DNA from: Candidatus Bathyarchaeota archaeon
GTDB taxonomy: Archaea > Thermoproteota > Bathyarchaeia > Bathyarchaeales > Bathycorpusculaceae
Assembly: GCA_963702095.1 (NCBI GenBank)
Contig: OY969706.1
Location: 1,632,001 to 1,696,000 of the forward strand
Reading direction: 5' to 3'
Length of the DNA stretch: 64,000 nucleotides
In this document: piece after piece, positions 1 to 10,849 of the stretch
Layout: each line of letters starts with the position of its first letter
Numbering within the stretch: the first letter of the stretch is position 1
Notes under the pieces: model-generated
Seen by the model: the letters and a program-made list of their open reading frames with translations, nothing else
Database searches by the model: none
What the model was told of the DNA's origin: nothing
Program-made: the position numbers and the translations under genes

Positions 1-318
1 CGTTTTGAAGGATTAACCTTTGTTCCCGACGCCATAACCATTGCAGGTAAAATGTTGGCTAAACGCTTCGAGGAGCAAAGGGTGCTTGTGGTGGTTTCCG
101 ATGGGTGGCCTTATGGTTACGATGACATGTCGGTGGCGCTTAAAGAAACCGTGGATGACTTAGTCCGCAAAAACGTCATTGTGCTCGGTGTAGGCGTGGA
201 AACCGAGCGTATGGGCAACTTTTTCCGTCTGCACTCATCGATTCATACCCCGAAAGACCTGGTTAAGAAATTCGCGACAACTTACGCCCATGCCTCCGAA
301 AAAGCAATTGAATCCTAA
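1..318 (+). CDS. von Willebrand factor A (vWA) domain protein, C-terminal part (5' truncated by window edge)
   Basis: Frame is open from base 1 (RFEGLTFVPDAITIAGKM...). It contains LVVVSDGWP (vWA 'hhhhSDG' motif) followed by VLGVGV, typical of CobT/NorD-like vWA C-termini. Confidence 0.7.
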   Translation, partial: RFEGLTFVPDAITIAGKMLAKRFEEQRVLVVVSDGWPYGYDDMSVALKETVDDLVRKNVIVLGVGVETERMGNFFRLHSSIHTPKDLVKKFATTYAHASEKAIES

Positions 319-368
319 AAACCTCTGTGGCTCCGCCAACCCTAACGACCTTTGAGTAAGTTCTAGGT

Positions 369-525
369 TTGTGTTCTCTCTTTGTGTGGGCGTGGCCTTT
401 TGTGGGGCACCACAAGACGGCAATTGAAGGCAGCTGCTTTTTTGGGGCTGCAAGTTATTCACCACCCCACACACAGTGCATGGCTCCATGCAGAAGCCGC
501 CGCCATGTGTGTGTGAACCCATGTA
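369..525 (+). repeat. Dispersed intergenic repeat family 1, copy A
   Basis: Begins ttgtgttctctcttt and contains ggggcaccacaagacggca and ggggctgcaa-gttattcacc. Near-identical over the first ~95 nt to the copy at 13275 (manual alignment). Confidence 0.85.
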
Positions 526-1060
526 TCATCTGCCTTCATAGCGTAGCAGCGAACAGCCACATCAGCGCAATACAGGCGGGCACCAACATAGCCCTCACAA
601 CCTCAGCCAAACCCACCCTGCCTACTCCACAAATCAAGCCCACTGCCACGCGAAAAGCCCAGTCAAAGCAACGCCACCTCAACATCATGCGGCGTCATAG
701 TCAACCCCTCATGGCACTAGATAACGATTTGTTGTAGGTGACTTCGATTTTATTTCCGTAAAGCGCTAGGGATTTTTGGTTTCACCGAGGAGAAAATCTG
801 CCTGAAAGAAAAGAGTGCGGTTAAAACGTGTTGGGCGTGTGGTTTTTGACAAACGGTTCTGTGCGTGCGGAATGGTCATACAGTAAACCATATTGGAAGC
901 AACAATATAGGCGTTTGTTTAATGTTTTTGCAACTATTAGCGTTTAATAATTAGGTTATTTTGGATATGAATTGTAGATTCAGATTGCCCCTTCATAAGC
1001 ATATTATATATTCTGTGTCTAAATTGGGATGCATACCCCCACATCAAGGTTGAAAATTAA

Positions 1061-1936
1061 ATGGCACTTGCAATGGAAAACGTGATGAAAGTCTACAACA
1101 AGCAAAACGACCAATACAAACTAGTAAAGCAGGATCAAACAGTAACCAAACACCTCAGCACAATCGAAGAAACGCTGGCAAGGTTCGGCTTGCTTAAAAA
1201 CGAAATCAAAGTCTACCTCTACCTCGCCCGTGCAGGCGAAAAGAAAGCCGGCGAAATCGCCGAAGCCATAGCACTACACCGCACAGAAACCTACCGCATA
1301 CTCCGCGACCTAGAAAAGAAAGGCATAGTTTTTAGCATATTTGAGAAACCGCTCAAATTCACCGCAGTCGACCTCGACAAAGCAATCGACCTCTTAGTGG
1401 ACGCGCAGAAAATCAGGATAAAACTCCTTGAACAGGAAAAGCCAAGCCTCGTCGAACTCTGGCAGAGCATGCCCATGGCAAAAGCGGAAGCAGCCAAAAA
1501 AGAGCTATTCCAAATGCTAGAAGGCGAACAACAAGTCCTCATGAAAGCCAATGAACTCTTGGAGCGCAGCACAGAGCGCTTCCAGATATACGCCAACGCA
1601 GACTACTTCAGCGAACTCTACTACAGCGACTTCAGCGACAAACTCAAAGCGCAGGCACGCAAGGTAGAAGTCACCGTTGTCACCGATAACTCTTTGAAAA
1701 GCGCCTATTTCCTTGGGCAAATGACTTGGCTAGATGGTAATCACCGTGTAGCTGAACCCCAAAACCTACCCTGCTTCATGGTGGCGGACAACAAAGAAGT
1801 CCTCATCGCATTCCACGAGCGAGCCTCAGAGGGTGATGATGGAAAGAAAAAGTTCCGCACCGCCGCAATCTGGACCAACTACCAAGCGCTCGTCAACACT
1901 TTGCAGACGCTTTTCTCTAAGCTGCTGCAACCCTAA
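1061..1936 (+). CDS. TrmB-family transcriptional regulator
   Basis: FGLLKNEIKVYLYL...AGEIAEAIALHRTETYRILRDLEKKGIV wHTH, followed by a TrmB-like C-terminal effector domain (FMVADNKEVL, AAIWTN). Confidence 0.85.
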   Translation: MALAMENVMKVYNKQNDQYKLVKQDQTVTKHLSTIEETLARFGLLKNEIKVYLYLARAGEKKAGEIAEAIALHRTETYRILRDLEKKGIVFSIFEKPLKFTAVDLDKAIDLLVDAQKIRIKLLEQEKPSLVELWQSMPMAKAEAAKKELFQMLEGEQQVLMKANELLERSTERFQIYANADYFSELYYSDFSDKLKAQARKVEVTVVTDNSLKSAYFLGQMTWLDGNHRVAEPQNLPCFMVADNKEVLIAFHERASEGDDGKKKFRTAAIWTNYQALVNTLQTLFSKLLQP

Positions 1937-3288
1937 GTTTTTTGTATTCTTCTTTTTCGCCAAATTATCAAAAGAACAAGCGCCAATGCCAAAGACGTCA
2001 CAACCGCCAACAACGGAGCCACTAGAGGCGAATTGAAGATGCCACCGGTTGCTGGGGCGTCGAATTTTAGGATGAGCCAGTCGTAGGTGGCTTTGCCGGT
2101 GAGTTCGGGGTGGTTGGGCGGGTCAGTCCAGCCTGTTAGGACATACTGGTTGCCGCCGACGTCTACTACGCTGTAGGCTTCCTGGTATTCTTTGTCGCCG
2201 TAGGTGCAGCTAAAAACCACTTCGCCGGTGCCTGTGAGTTTAGTTAGCCAGAAGTCGCGGTTGCCTGCGCCGTAGGAGAAAGTGAAGCCCGCGAGGAGGT
2301 AGCCGCCATCTTGGGTGGGGGTGACATATGAGGGGGAGTCTGCTTGTGATCCGCCGACCTGCTGGCGCCATACCATTTGGCCGTCGGTGTCGACTTTGAC
2401 TGCAAGGGCGTCGGTTGAGGTCTGCGGTGAAGTCACATCGCCCACGAGTACATAGCCGCCGTCGGACGCCTTGGTTATGGAGTAGGCTTTTTGGCTTTGG
2501 CTGCCGCCGTAGGTTTGGTTCCAAACTACGTCTCCGTCGGAGGCGACTTTGTAGAGGCAAAAGACGTAGCTGCCTGTGCTATGTGGGTCTTGGTAGCCGG
2601 CGACGACACAGCCATCGTCAGCTACAACTGCTGAGCGCAGGGTGGTGTCTTCGCCTTGTCCGTAAATGTGGTTCCAAACCATGGTGCCGTCGCCTTCAAG
2701 TTTGATAACCCACCCCGCCGCCGTGCCATCGCCATAGCTGTAGGTTAAGCCGTAAACGTAGAAGTCGCCGTCGTTGGCTACGACGCCTCCGAAGAGTTTG
2801 TCTATACTGGCGCCACCCCTAAAAGTTTGCCAAACTATGTTGCCTTCGAGGTCGGTTCGGGCGATGTATCCGTCGATGTCACCTGTAGACTGGAATACAT
2901 TGCCCACGAGGAGGTAGCCGTCGGTTAAGTTGGCGGCATAGCGGATTTCGGTTCCCACAGCCGTGTGGTAGAGGTAGGTTTGGTTCCAAAGCATGTTGCC
3001 TTCGCTATCGAGCTTAAGTGCCCATCCGACTGTGGTGTTGTTTATTATGGAGCAGCTGGAACCCACTGCCAAAAAGCCATCGTCGACGGGCAGCAAATAG
3101 AAAGCACGGTCGTCCGCTGCTCCGCCGTAGGTTTTCGCCCAAACCGCTTCCGCTGAGGCTACGTTGACTGAGACGCCGTTTTCAACGTCAAGGTACGGCG
3201 AAGTCTGCGCGGTGGTGGTGACGATGGTTAGAACTATGGAGAGGACCAGTAATGCGATGATTGCTTTGGCGGTGAGGGATTTTATCAT
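1933..3288 (-). CDS. Secreted/membrane-anchored beta-propeller repeat protein
   Basis: N-terminal signal peptide, repeated 'K(L/V)DxxGxxxWxxTYGG' blades, and a C-terminal TM helix with basic tail (WRKRR). Confidence 0.7.
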   Translation of the reverse strand: MIKSLTAKAIIALLVLSIVLTIVTTTAQTSPYLDVENGVSVNVASAEAVWAKTYGGAADDRAFYLLPVDDGFLAVGSSCSIINNTTVGWALKLDSEGNMLWNQTYLYHTAVGTEIRYAANLTDGYLLVGNVFQSTGDIDGYIARTDLEGNIVWQTFRGGASIDKLFGGVVANDGDFYVYGLTYSYGDGTAAGWVIKLEGDGTMVWNHIYGQGEDTTLRSAVVADDGCVVAGYQDPHSTGSYVFCLYKVASDGDVVWNQTYGGSQSQKAYSITKASDGGYVLVGDVTSPQTSTDALAVKVDTDGQMVWRQQVGGSQADSPSYVTPTQDGGYLLAGFTFSYGAGNRDFWLTKLTGTGEVVFSCTYGDKEYQEAYSVVDVGGNQYVLTGWTDPPNHPELTGKATYDWLILKFDAPATGGIFNSPLVAPLLAVVTSLALALVLLIIWRKRRIQKT

Positions 3289-3325
3289 TGTCTGCTGCCT
3301 CTATATTCGGTTTTGCAGTCTTTTA

Positions 3326-4081
3326 TTATGTGTGATTGCAGGTGAGCGAGGCGTCCACGGTTATGCCCCGTGTGTCGAGGCACTGCACTGAAACTGGGAG
3401 CGACTCATTTTGCAAGCCCGTCTCCGCATTGAATGTCACCGCATAGGAGCCGTCGCCGTGGTCTACGACGCTGGCGTCCGCCGGGACCCATTCAGCGCCG
3501 TTTTGATAGTTGAAACTGAAGTTCTGTGCCAAAGCCGGCGCCCCCTCGTTAATGACATTAACTGTTAAGCTGACCATCTTTGTTTCGTTCTGCTGGGTGT
3601 AGCTTCCGCTTGTGTGTATTGCAGAGGACACGTTTAGGTTGTATTGGATGCTGCTGGACTGTGTGGGATTCGATGAGGAGAAAGCAAAGCTAACGGCGGC
3701 GCTTGAGACTCCTACGCCGCTGCTGCCATGGCTGATCCAGAGTCCCTGTGTGTAGGGCGCCACGTTTGAGGCTGCGTAATCCAATGCGACCATGGCTTGA
3801 TACGAATGCACCGTAATGGCTGCCTTTAACTCTGAGAGGTCTTGGGCTAAAACCTCTGTGCTGCCGCCGCCAGAGGCATTCGCTAACGCGCTGACCAATG
3901 TGTTCCATGCGGTTTGGCGGTAACCGTCAAAGAAGCTGTTTCCGTCGATGTCGGCTTTTGGCACCTTCTTTTGGAGGTCGATGACGAAGATAGCTGTCGA
4001 CAGCAAGAGTACAGCCACCAGTAACCCGGTGACTACGATGACTTGGCCGCGTTGGTTGCTTCTGAAACTGCGCTGATTCAT
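3326..4081 (-). CDS. Minor pilin-like protein (T4P locus 1)
   Basis: Start reassigned to ATG 4081. Class III signal peptide NQRG|QVIVVTGLLVAVLLL. N-terminus resembles that of the gene starting at 52979. Confidence 0.7.
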   Translation of the reverse strand: MNQRSFRSNQRGQVIVVTGLLVAVLLLSTAIFVIDLQKKVPKADIDGNSFFDGYRQTAWNTLVSALANASGGGSTEVLAQDLSELKAAITVHSYQAMVALDYAASNVAPYTQGLWISHGSSGVGVSSAAVSFAFSSSNPTQSSSIQYNLNVSSAIHTSGSYTQQNETKMVSLTVNVINEGAPALAQNFSFNYQNGAEWVPADASVVDHGDGSYAVTFNAETGLQNESLPVSVQCLDTRGITVDASLTCNHT

Positions 4082-4083
4082 GG

Positions 4084-4512
4084 CTAATTCACCACTGCCA
4101 ACTGGAGCTGAAGCACATACACTGTGAAGGCGCTGTTTTGGCTGGCGCAAACATATGTTAAGGAGTTGATTTGGTCGCTGACTGCGCCGCCGTTACATAT
4201 GGGGTAACTGTTGAGCACCTGCATGTCTTGGGTGTAGACGGTTAAGTTAAACCACATGGTAAGGGGCACGGCGATTTCTAAACTGTTTTGCAATCCAGTC
4301 CAGTCACGGTTGTCGATTAACTGTGAGAGGTGGCCGTTGCCGTCGAGGCTTAAGAGTATGTTTTCTGCTTTTGAGGACAAATCTACAGGGGAAACTGCAC
4401 TGGTTTGCTGTGTGGGAATAAGCATTAAACAGGAGAGCACAAGCATAGACGCAAAGAACGCTTCGATAACCCGCACCATACCCCTCTTATTACCCAGAAA
4501 CCGCTTCATCAA
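4084..4512 (-). CDS. Minor pilin-like protein (T4P locus 1)
   Basis: Class III signal NKRG|MVRVIEAFF with hydrophobic helix. C-terminus VLQLQLA resembles the paralog at 52980-54287. Confidence 0.7.
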   Translation of the reverse strand: MMKRFLGNKRGMVRVIEAFFASMLVLSCLMLIPTQQTSAVSPVDLSSKAENILLSLDGNGHLSQLIDNRDWTGLQNSLEIAVPLTMWFNLTVYTQDMQVLNSYPICNGGAVSDQINSLTYVCASQNSAFTVYVLQLQLAVVN

Positions 4513-5540
4513 GCAATAGCTCCTAAACTTACATCCAGCTTATAGAGGACGCCATTGATGGTCACCATGTAACTGTAGACATTGCGTTCGGAACCGCTGA
4601 AGCTGGAGCCTGCCTGAAGAGGAACCTGCGGGTAAGCAGTCCAAGCCACAAAGCCGCCGTCGCCATCTTGCCCACAAGCCACCAGCACAAAGGGGCTACT
4701 GTCCAGCAACCTCGGAATCGCATATTCAGAGGCACCAGATGAAGACAGCGGCTTTTGGTATTGGTAAGATAGCACGTAAGCATCTTGGATACTAACTCCC
4801 TCGGAGCTGTTATAATGCAATGTGTAATCCAGTGGGTAAAGCGCCAATTCATCGGTGCTTGGACTGTACTGTTGTGATGAATTTGCCAAGTTGTAGATTG
4901 AGTAGGAAGTGACGCGTTCATCGAAGCTTGCCCTTGAGAAAACCGCCATTAAGGGGTTGCTTTGGCTGCTTGGGTAAGTAACTGTTAAGTGGCCGCTGCC
5001 TGACTCAACGGATGCCTCGAAGCTGCCCAAGTAATCATCTGCAACTATGTATCCGTGTAACTCTGAGGTGACGGGTTTTAGGTCAACCGTTGTTAAAACA
5101 TCAAAGTTAACCCATGTTGTGCCGCCGACTGTACTGTTGCTTGTCTGGATGAGGCTAACAGCCATAACCTGTGAAACCGACACTCCCAAAGCAACATTGT
5201 CTAGTTTGGACGCAGTAGCCAATTCAAGATGGGACAACGAATAATTGTTTAGTCTGTTTAACCGGCTGATTTTGTCCACATCTAAAATGTAGCTGCCTAC
5301 TGAGTTGGCTGAAGCTAAACCCAGATCCGCCGGAGCCACCTCGCGTGTACCCCAATCCGCTGGGGAACCGGGGCTTGCCACTATGCGGTCAGCTATGGCT
5401 TTTAAGTAACTGCCTTTGTTGACATCTGCTGTGCCTTGGATTTGAGCCTGCAATGTAGTGCCTAAGCAAGCCGTGGCGATTAGAGCCGCCGCTACGATGA
5501 TGGTGCAGGCAAAGAAGGTGTCAAAGGCAGTGGACGGCAG
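4509..5540 (-). CDS. Pilin-like accessory protein (T4P locus 1), probable CTG start
   Basis: Frame extends without stop to CTG at 5540, directly after the TadC stop (LPSTAFDTFFACTIIVAAAL). The SPGSPADWG motif and C-terminal VTINGVLYK match paralog 54287-55519. Confidence 0.65.
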   Translation of the reverse strand: MPSTAFDTFFACTIIVAAALIATACLGTTLQAQIQGTADVNKGSYLKAIADRIVASPGSPADWGTREVAPADLGLASANSVGSYILDVDKISRLNRLNNYSLSHLELATASKLDNVALGVSVSQVMAVSLIQTSNSTVGGTTWVNFDVLTTVDLKPVTSELHGYIVADDYLGSFEASVESGSGHLTVTYPSSQSNPLMAVFSRASFDERVTSYSIYNLANSSQQYSPSTDELALYPLDYTLHYNSSEGVSIQDAYVLSYQYQKPLSSSGASEYAIPRLLDSSPFVLVACGQDGDGGFVAWTAYPQVPLQAGSSFSGSERNVYSYMVTINGVLYKLDVSLGAIA

Positions 5541-7055
5541 TTATGTGAACGCTCCCGGCTTTATTATGGTGAATGTTCCCTGCAGTAGGTACTGGGAAAG
5601 CAGCAGTGACAGATACGCTGTTAAGGCTAGCATAGCAGAGATGCTGAAGCCAGCCCCAAAGTTTCCTTCGCTGATTTTACCGATGAAGAACCCTGAAATC
5701 CAGCATTGAATGATGATGCCGACTGAGAAAATCTTTAGTTGGTCCGTCATCGCCATCGTAGCTATGGTGCTGAGTTCCGAGCTTACGACGCCAGTCATCA
5801 TTGTGGTGGTTAAGGCAACTATGGTTGTTGTTACAGCGATAAGAACGCTCCATATGAAAGCCAAAAGAATATAGGGCTTAAGCAGTGTGCGGCGGTTAAC
5901 TTGCAATTCACGTTCTTTTTCGCTGTATTCAGAGAGGATCTCAAGGGACTGTATAGAGTTGCCGCCGATTTCAAGAGTTTCCACCATCATAGCGAAGTTA
6001 ACTATGACAAACCAGCTTCGAATTTCCTTTTTCAAGTTATCAAAAGTTTTCCGCAGCGGGATACCCCACTCTATTTGGCTTCTAATCAATACCAAGAACT
6101 TGGAGAAGGGACCGTAGTCTTTTCGTTTAGTAGCCTGAACTATGCTTTTTTCAGGGGACAACCCTGTCTTCTGTGACTCTGTAATATCGCGGATGAAACT
6201 GGGGATGGCTTCCTCAGCGTTGTAGTTGATTTTTGCAATCGTGTAATATTGCAGGGCAAGCGGCACTGATGCACCAACCAACGCTATCGTGGCGACTTCA
6301 GGCAACCCCAGCGGGCTTATAGCCTCTTTCAGCGACGGAACTAACCCAAAGACAGCTATTACCGCGATCGCTGGAATGATAAAGACGAGGGCTTTTTTGT
6401 AGAGGTCTTTTAAGTCCGGGAAAGCGCTTTTCTGCATGTTATGAGCCATCATAATAAAAATGCAAGACATAACCGGCATGACTATGAAAGCAATCAAATA
6501 TGACATGTAAGGCGAAATCCCAATTGAGCTGCCGCCCATAAGATCCATAATACTAGAAGACGAAAACACAACAAACAAGATGTAAGTACATAATACGACA
6601 ATCAGCATAACCGAGTAAGCTTCAACTAAAGCGGCAATCTTTTCGATAGAGCGGTTAAGGTTAATATAACGCAGCTCAAAGATGGATTTTAATTGGCTTT
6701 TCATATAATCAGCCAGTTTACCGCCACTACGCACCGAAGAAACGAAGCCGCCTAAAAAGTTCCTATACAACTTCGAATTAGTAACTTCCGAACGTTGATA
6801 CATAACAGTCAAAGGGTCTTTGCCCAAAACCTCAACTTGGCGGACAACCTCATCTGCCTCCTTCTTAAACACAGATAAAAAAGTAAGCTTACGCATTTTC
6901 TTCCAGCAATCATACGGCGAAATTCCACTGGCTGCCATAAGAGTAAAAATCATCACAGCAAAAGGTAATTCCGCGTCGGTTTTTTCCCGTTCTTCACTCG
7001 CGGCCTTGTTCACTAAACCGATAACTTTGCCAAGGGAACCACTAGATGCCTTCAT
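5541..7055 (-). CDS. Type IV pilus platform membrane protein (TadC/FlaJ-like, two T2SSF domains)
   Basis: ELPFAVMIFTLMAASGISP and FIRDITESQKTGLSPEK T2SSF-like motifs, multiple TM helices, adjacent to the secretion ATPase. Confidence 0.9.
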   Translation of the reverse strand: MKASSGSLGKVIGLVNKAASEEREKTDAELPFAVMIFTLMAASGISPYDCWKKMRKLTFLSVFKKEADEVVRQVEVLGKDPLTVMYQRSEVTNSKLYRNFLGGFVSSVRSGGKLADYMKSQLKSIFELRYINLNRSIEKIAALVEAYSVMLIVVLCTYILFVVFSSSSIMDLMGGSSIGISPYMSYLIAFIVMPVMSCIFIMMAHNMQKSAFPDLKDLYKKALVFIIPAIAVIAVFGLVPSLKEAISPLGLPEVATIALVGASVPLALQYYTIAKINYNAEEAIPSFIRDITESQKTGLSPEKSIVQATKRKDYGPFSKFLVLIRSQIEWGIPLRKTFDNLKKEIRSWFVIVNFAMMVETLEIGGNSIQSLEILSEYSEKERELQVNRRTLLKPYILLAFIWSVLIAVTTTIVALTTTMMTGVVSSELSTIATMAMTDQLKIFSVGIIIQCWISGFFIGKISEGNFGAGFSISAMLALTAYLSLLLSQYLLQGTFTIIKPGAFT

Positions 7056-8643
7056 TTACTTTGCCTCTGGTTTACCTGCAATGCCCTCAACAGCTAGAGA
7101 ACTGTTTAGCGCTTTGTGGACACTTCGGAAGTCCCGCAGGTTCTGTTCGACCATGCTTAACAATATTTTTTTTCGGCGCTCAAACTCCTGGTTTACCACG
7201 CCTACGGGAACGTCTGCAGCTTTAGCGATTTTATTAAAGAGATAGCTTTTGTCTATGTGGCTTTGGAAAGTATCAGAGGTCATGTTCCAAGTGAAGACTT
7301 CTTGGGAAACTCCAAGGTTGTCGATTTCAGCTACTTTAGTGAACTTGCGTCTTGAGCCTTTGTCATGAGAGTTGAAACCTAGGCTTTTTACCTGTTTTAC
7401 TACAATTACGCAGTTCATAAGCGAGAGAATGTTTTGTGGGATATTCATGGGCGGTTGAGTTAATCGTTTAATTACGGTTTCTACGTCATCAGCGTGCATA
7501 GTGCATAAGCCACCATGGCCAGTTGCCAGCGCCTGAAAAAGCACGTAGGCTTCTTCACCTCTGATTTCACCTACCAGAATCAATGCGGGCCGATGTCGTA
7601 CCGCAGACTTGATTAGGTCGTAGAGGGTGACTTCGCCTTCACTGTCCCCCCCGAAACCGATTCGGGCGATGGTTGAAACCCAGTTTTCCTGGGGAAGATT
7701 AATTTCCTGTACTTCTTCCACTGAGATCATTTTGAAATCAGGGCGCACCAAACAGGCGATGGCGTTTAATGCTGTTGTTTTTCCAGCGCCTGTGGGTCCA
7801 ACTACCATGACGGACATTTTGTTTTCCATAAGCATCCAAAGATAAGCACCAATGGATTCATCGATGGTTTCATTCATGATCAAATCTACAAGGGTCAAGG
7901 GGTCCTCCTTGAACTTTCGGATAGTAAAGCTAGTCCCCAGCAGGTGTAGTTTCTTTGCCAAAAGACACTGCCAACCTATGTTTCCCCGGCAGCGTCAAGT
8001 CAACTATTGGATGAGCGATGCTTACGTGTTTGCCCATGCGATGCACAATACGAGTTATGAAATCATCAAGTTCTTCTTCATCAGTGAAAATGATATTGGT
8101 GCGTACACTGGAATATTTTCGGTGATAAATATAGACTGGCTTGCCTAGTCCCAGGCAGCTTATGTCTTCGATAAAGGGGTCTTTTATGAGACCATCGATT
8201 TTGCCATAGCCGATTAAGGCCTTTTCTATGTAGTGGGTGATTTTTTTAATACCAATCTGATTAATTCCATTATAGACATCTTTGTGTGCTTCTAAGATTG
8301 CTGGCAACTGCCTATGGAAAGATTCTTCGAGCGATTCGTCAATTCGAGGAGCCTTTAGTTCAAACTCTAATATGTTGATAAGTCGCTTGTAAGATTCCCG
8401 CTCATTCCTTGTCAGAGGCAACTCGTCAACCACGTAGAAGTAGCTGCCCTCTGAGTCATCTTGGAAAACCCAAGCGTAAGAAAAAGGCGGATTAAGCGGG
8501 TAACTTTCCACTTGAGTGTAGCCTTCAGGCACCTGATAGCCCTGAATACCCAAGTACGCTACCAATTCTTCGTCAGGAGTTTCTTGTTTAAGCGGTACTT
8601 CTTCTTTCTTCTTTTTTCCAAGCTTTGGCATCTTATCAGTCAC
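7056..8643 (-). CDS. Type II/IV secretion ATPase (VirB11/FlaI/TadA-like), split by an apparent +1 frameshift near 7935-7938
   Basis: The 5' ORF ends ...GKHRLAVSFGKETTPAG and the 3' frame continues TSFTIRKF with Walker A GPTGAGKTT, RHRP..LVGEIRG and TGHGGLCTMHA. Removing one G from GGGG restores a single ORF colinear with paralog 58606-60432. Confidence 0.9.
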
Positions 8644-9082
8644 CCATCGTTAACCTTAAAGTTGCAACCTGATTTTCGAAACTACACACAAGCATCGCTC
8701 TACCTGAACCGCTAACAAAATAGCCAGATGCAGCCACTTCAGCAGGCATCGCTATACGAATATCAGTGGCGCTAGGGTTTATACCGAAACCCGATTGTAC
8801 AACTCCACCTCCAGAATCATTTGCAATTTGCACCCAGAATCTCTGATTACCGACTGTTGCAGGGATTTCGAGGAATTGCGTTCGATTTAAGTCCGCCTGC
8901 GTAGTGTGTGAGAGTAAAGCCAAACCCTGCGTTGCCACATACTCGTCGATATTACTTAATTGACGGCGCATTGCTTGATCCTGCATACCCATGGTGGCTA
9001 AACTGCAGCTATATACTATAATAGAGCCGACAACGAGCGCAGCAAACAGCGAATACACATAGCTTGGAATGATTGAGGGCAT
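8636..9082 (-). CDS. Pilin-like protein (T4P locus 1)
   Basis: N-terminal hydrophobic helix, operon position, and size and LEIPATV motif similar to 55520-56002 (LDIPVTI). Confidence 0.6.
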   Translation of the reverse strand: MPSIIPSYVYSLFAALVVGSIIVYSCSLATMGMQDQAMRRQLSNIDEYVATQGLALLSHTTQADLNRTQFLEIPATVGNQRFWVQIANDSGGGVVQSGFGINPSATDIRIAMPAEVAASGYFVSGSGRAMLVCSFENQVATLRLTMGD

Positions 9083-9923
9083 TTATCTAAGCCACCTCTC
9101 AATTGTAATATTACAAACTACGATTTCGACATTGACTGCAGCGCCAGCTGTTGTGGTTAAAATAGGGACAGAAACATGCCCGACATTACCGTTCAATGTT
9201 GAAGTAATCACTAAATTCTCTGTCTCGGAACTAACAATGCACTTTTGAGAAGTAAACTGAGTATCAGTGCATGATATTCTAAGTGGAAGGCTGCCCTGAA
9301 GCGCGATAGACTGGGAGGAATTTAAGTTAACGACAAAGATGCGAATGTTGTTTACCCTGCGGCTATCTTCCAAACCCGTAGAGACATACGAAACGGCAGG
9401 ACGGAAACGTAACTGAATCTCAGGATGTTCAACCCCATTTTCTATACAGAGTTGACTGATTGAGGCGCCACTTTGACTGGTTATTGTTGCGCTGTCGCCT
9501 TTGAGGAAGAGACCAGTCTGGGATGACCCGGAATAGGGAAGTTCAAAAACGACCTGACCGATTGAACCGTTAAAGATTGTTTCTTCAACTGCTAATGAGT
9601 CGTTTATGATTATCGTCAAGACATTACTGGAAGGTTGGATACGGATTAAACCACCTGCATCAGAAAAGTCATAGGTGCATGAAGAGCCAGGCTGCCACAA
9701 GGTTGAATGAACTGCATCGTCTAGGCCAACCATATTTTGTTTCGGCCGTGGAAACTTTGAGTACTTGACCTTGAGCACTTATCTTTTCAACAGAAAAGTA
9801 GTAAGTGAAGGCAACGATGCCGAGTGTGGATACGAAGAGGATCAAGAAGGTTACGGGCAGAGCAACGGCTAGTTTAGAACGGGTAAACTTCTTTAGGTGA
9901 TAATTTTTAAACTTGGTCATCAA
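9083..9923 (-). CDS. Pilin-like protein (T4P locus 1), split by an apparent +1 frameshift near 9743-9748
   Basis: 5' part has class III-like signal RSKLA|VALPVTFLILF. Removing one base gives ...KVSTAKQNMVGLDD, comparable to SSSKSFMQTTGKQMDD in paralog 56014-56880. Confidence 0.65.
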
Positions 9924-10003
9924 GATATCCTCTCTGCATGTGCCCTGTTTAACTATTTGGAAATGAAAAAAATGGGTTAAGTCTTTGTGTGTAAAACAAT
10001 TTA

Positions 10004-10070
10004 CAGATTATTTTTTGGGTTCCTCAAATAGAGCTTGTATAATAAAAGAACTCGTCAAAAAAATAATCTG
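10004..10070. repeat. 13-bp perfect inverted repeat with 41-bp spacer in the pilin/operon intergenic region
   Basis: cagattatttttt (10004-10016) and aaaaaataatctg (10058-10070). The spacer contains tataata. Confidence 0.65.
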
Positions 10071-10154
10071 GTTAAGATATTTGTTATTAGAAAAATTAAA
10101 ATAAAGAAAAGAGGTGGGGGTAGACTTTTGGGGGGTCTATTATTTTAGCGTATT

Positions 10155-10715
10155 TTATGCGAGGTTTGCTTGTACGTTTGTCTCTTTATAGTACATAGCT
10201 TGTGATGTGAAGACTGTGAAAGCAACTGTTAAGCCTATGTCGTTTACAGTGATGCTGTCTGGACTGTTGATGTATACGACTATGGTGTTACCTGAAGGCA
10301 AGACTAAGTCAGAGGTGATTGCATTTGCAGTGTCTGTTATGCCTAGATCGGCGTCTGCTGCAACTGGTGTTGCTGCTGGGAATGCAAGGTCGGCAGTTAA
10401 ATCGTCAGTGTCTGGATCAGCAACTGCATAGAAAATGTCAGCCCATGCAGATTCCTGTCCCCGAATTGTGATTTTGTCAATGACAACATCGCGTCCACCG
10501 GTGTTAGTGATCATCATTGCTGCAACTACATCGCCGCCACTGTCAACCCAAACGTGCTGTTTAGTTACAGTTAGGCTTTCATCTTGAACTCTGGTGCTTG
10601 TGACGTTGATTGCAAAGTAGGTTACGACACCTGCGAGTAGCACTGAAACAACGAGAATAATCAGGGTTGTTACGACTGTACTTAAAGCTAAACGATTTCT
10701 TAGGATACTTTTCAT
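10155..10715 (-). CDS. Archaeal type IV (major) pilin
   Basis: MKSILRNRLA|LSTVVTTLIILVVSVLLAGVV class III signal. TNTGGRDVVIDKITIRG is a typical archaeal pilin core. Confidence 0.8.
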   Translation of the reverse strand: MKSILRNRLALSTVVTTLIILVVSVLLAGVVTYFAINVTSTRVQDESLTVTKQHVWVDSGGDVVAAMMITNTGGRDVVIDKITIRGQESAWADIFYAVADPDTDDLTADLAFPAATPVAADADLGITDTANAITSDLVLPSGNTIVVYINSPDSITVNDIGLTVAFTVFTSQAMYYKETNVQANLA

Positions 10716-10849
10716 TTTTGGTTTTTACTCCTTGAAAAGGCAATACACCAATTTGCCCTAAGTAACCTTGTGCGTACCAGAAATTACGCACCTGAAAAGA
10801 CCAGAAAAGAAAAAAATAAAAGGTAAAGTGAAAAGAAAATTGTAGGGGC

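Noticed and set aside
369-737. 122-aa ORF, and similar ORFs at 13361-13594, 14323-14535 and 61303-61610
   Set aside because: They overlie repeat family 1. Frames are not conserved between copies and the composition is not protein-like.
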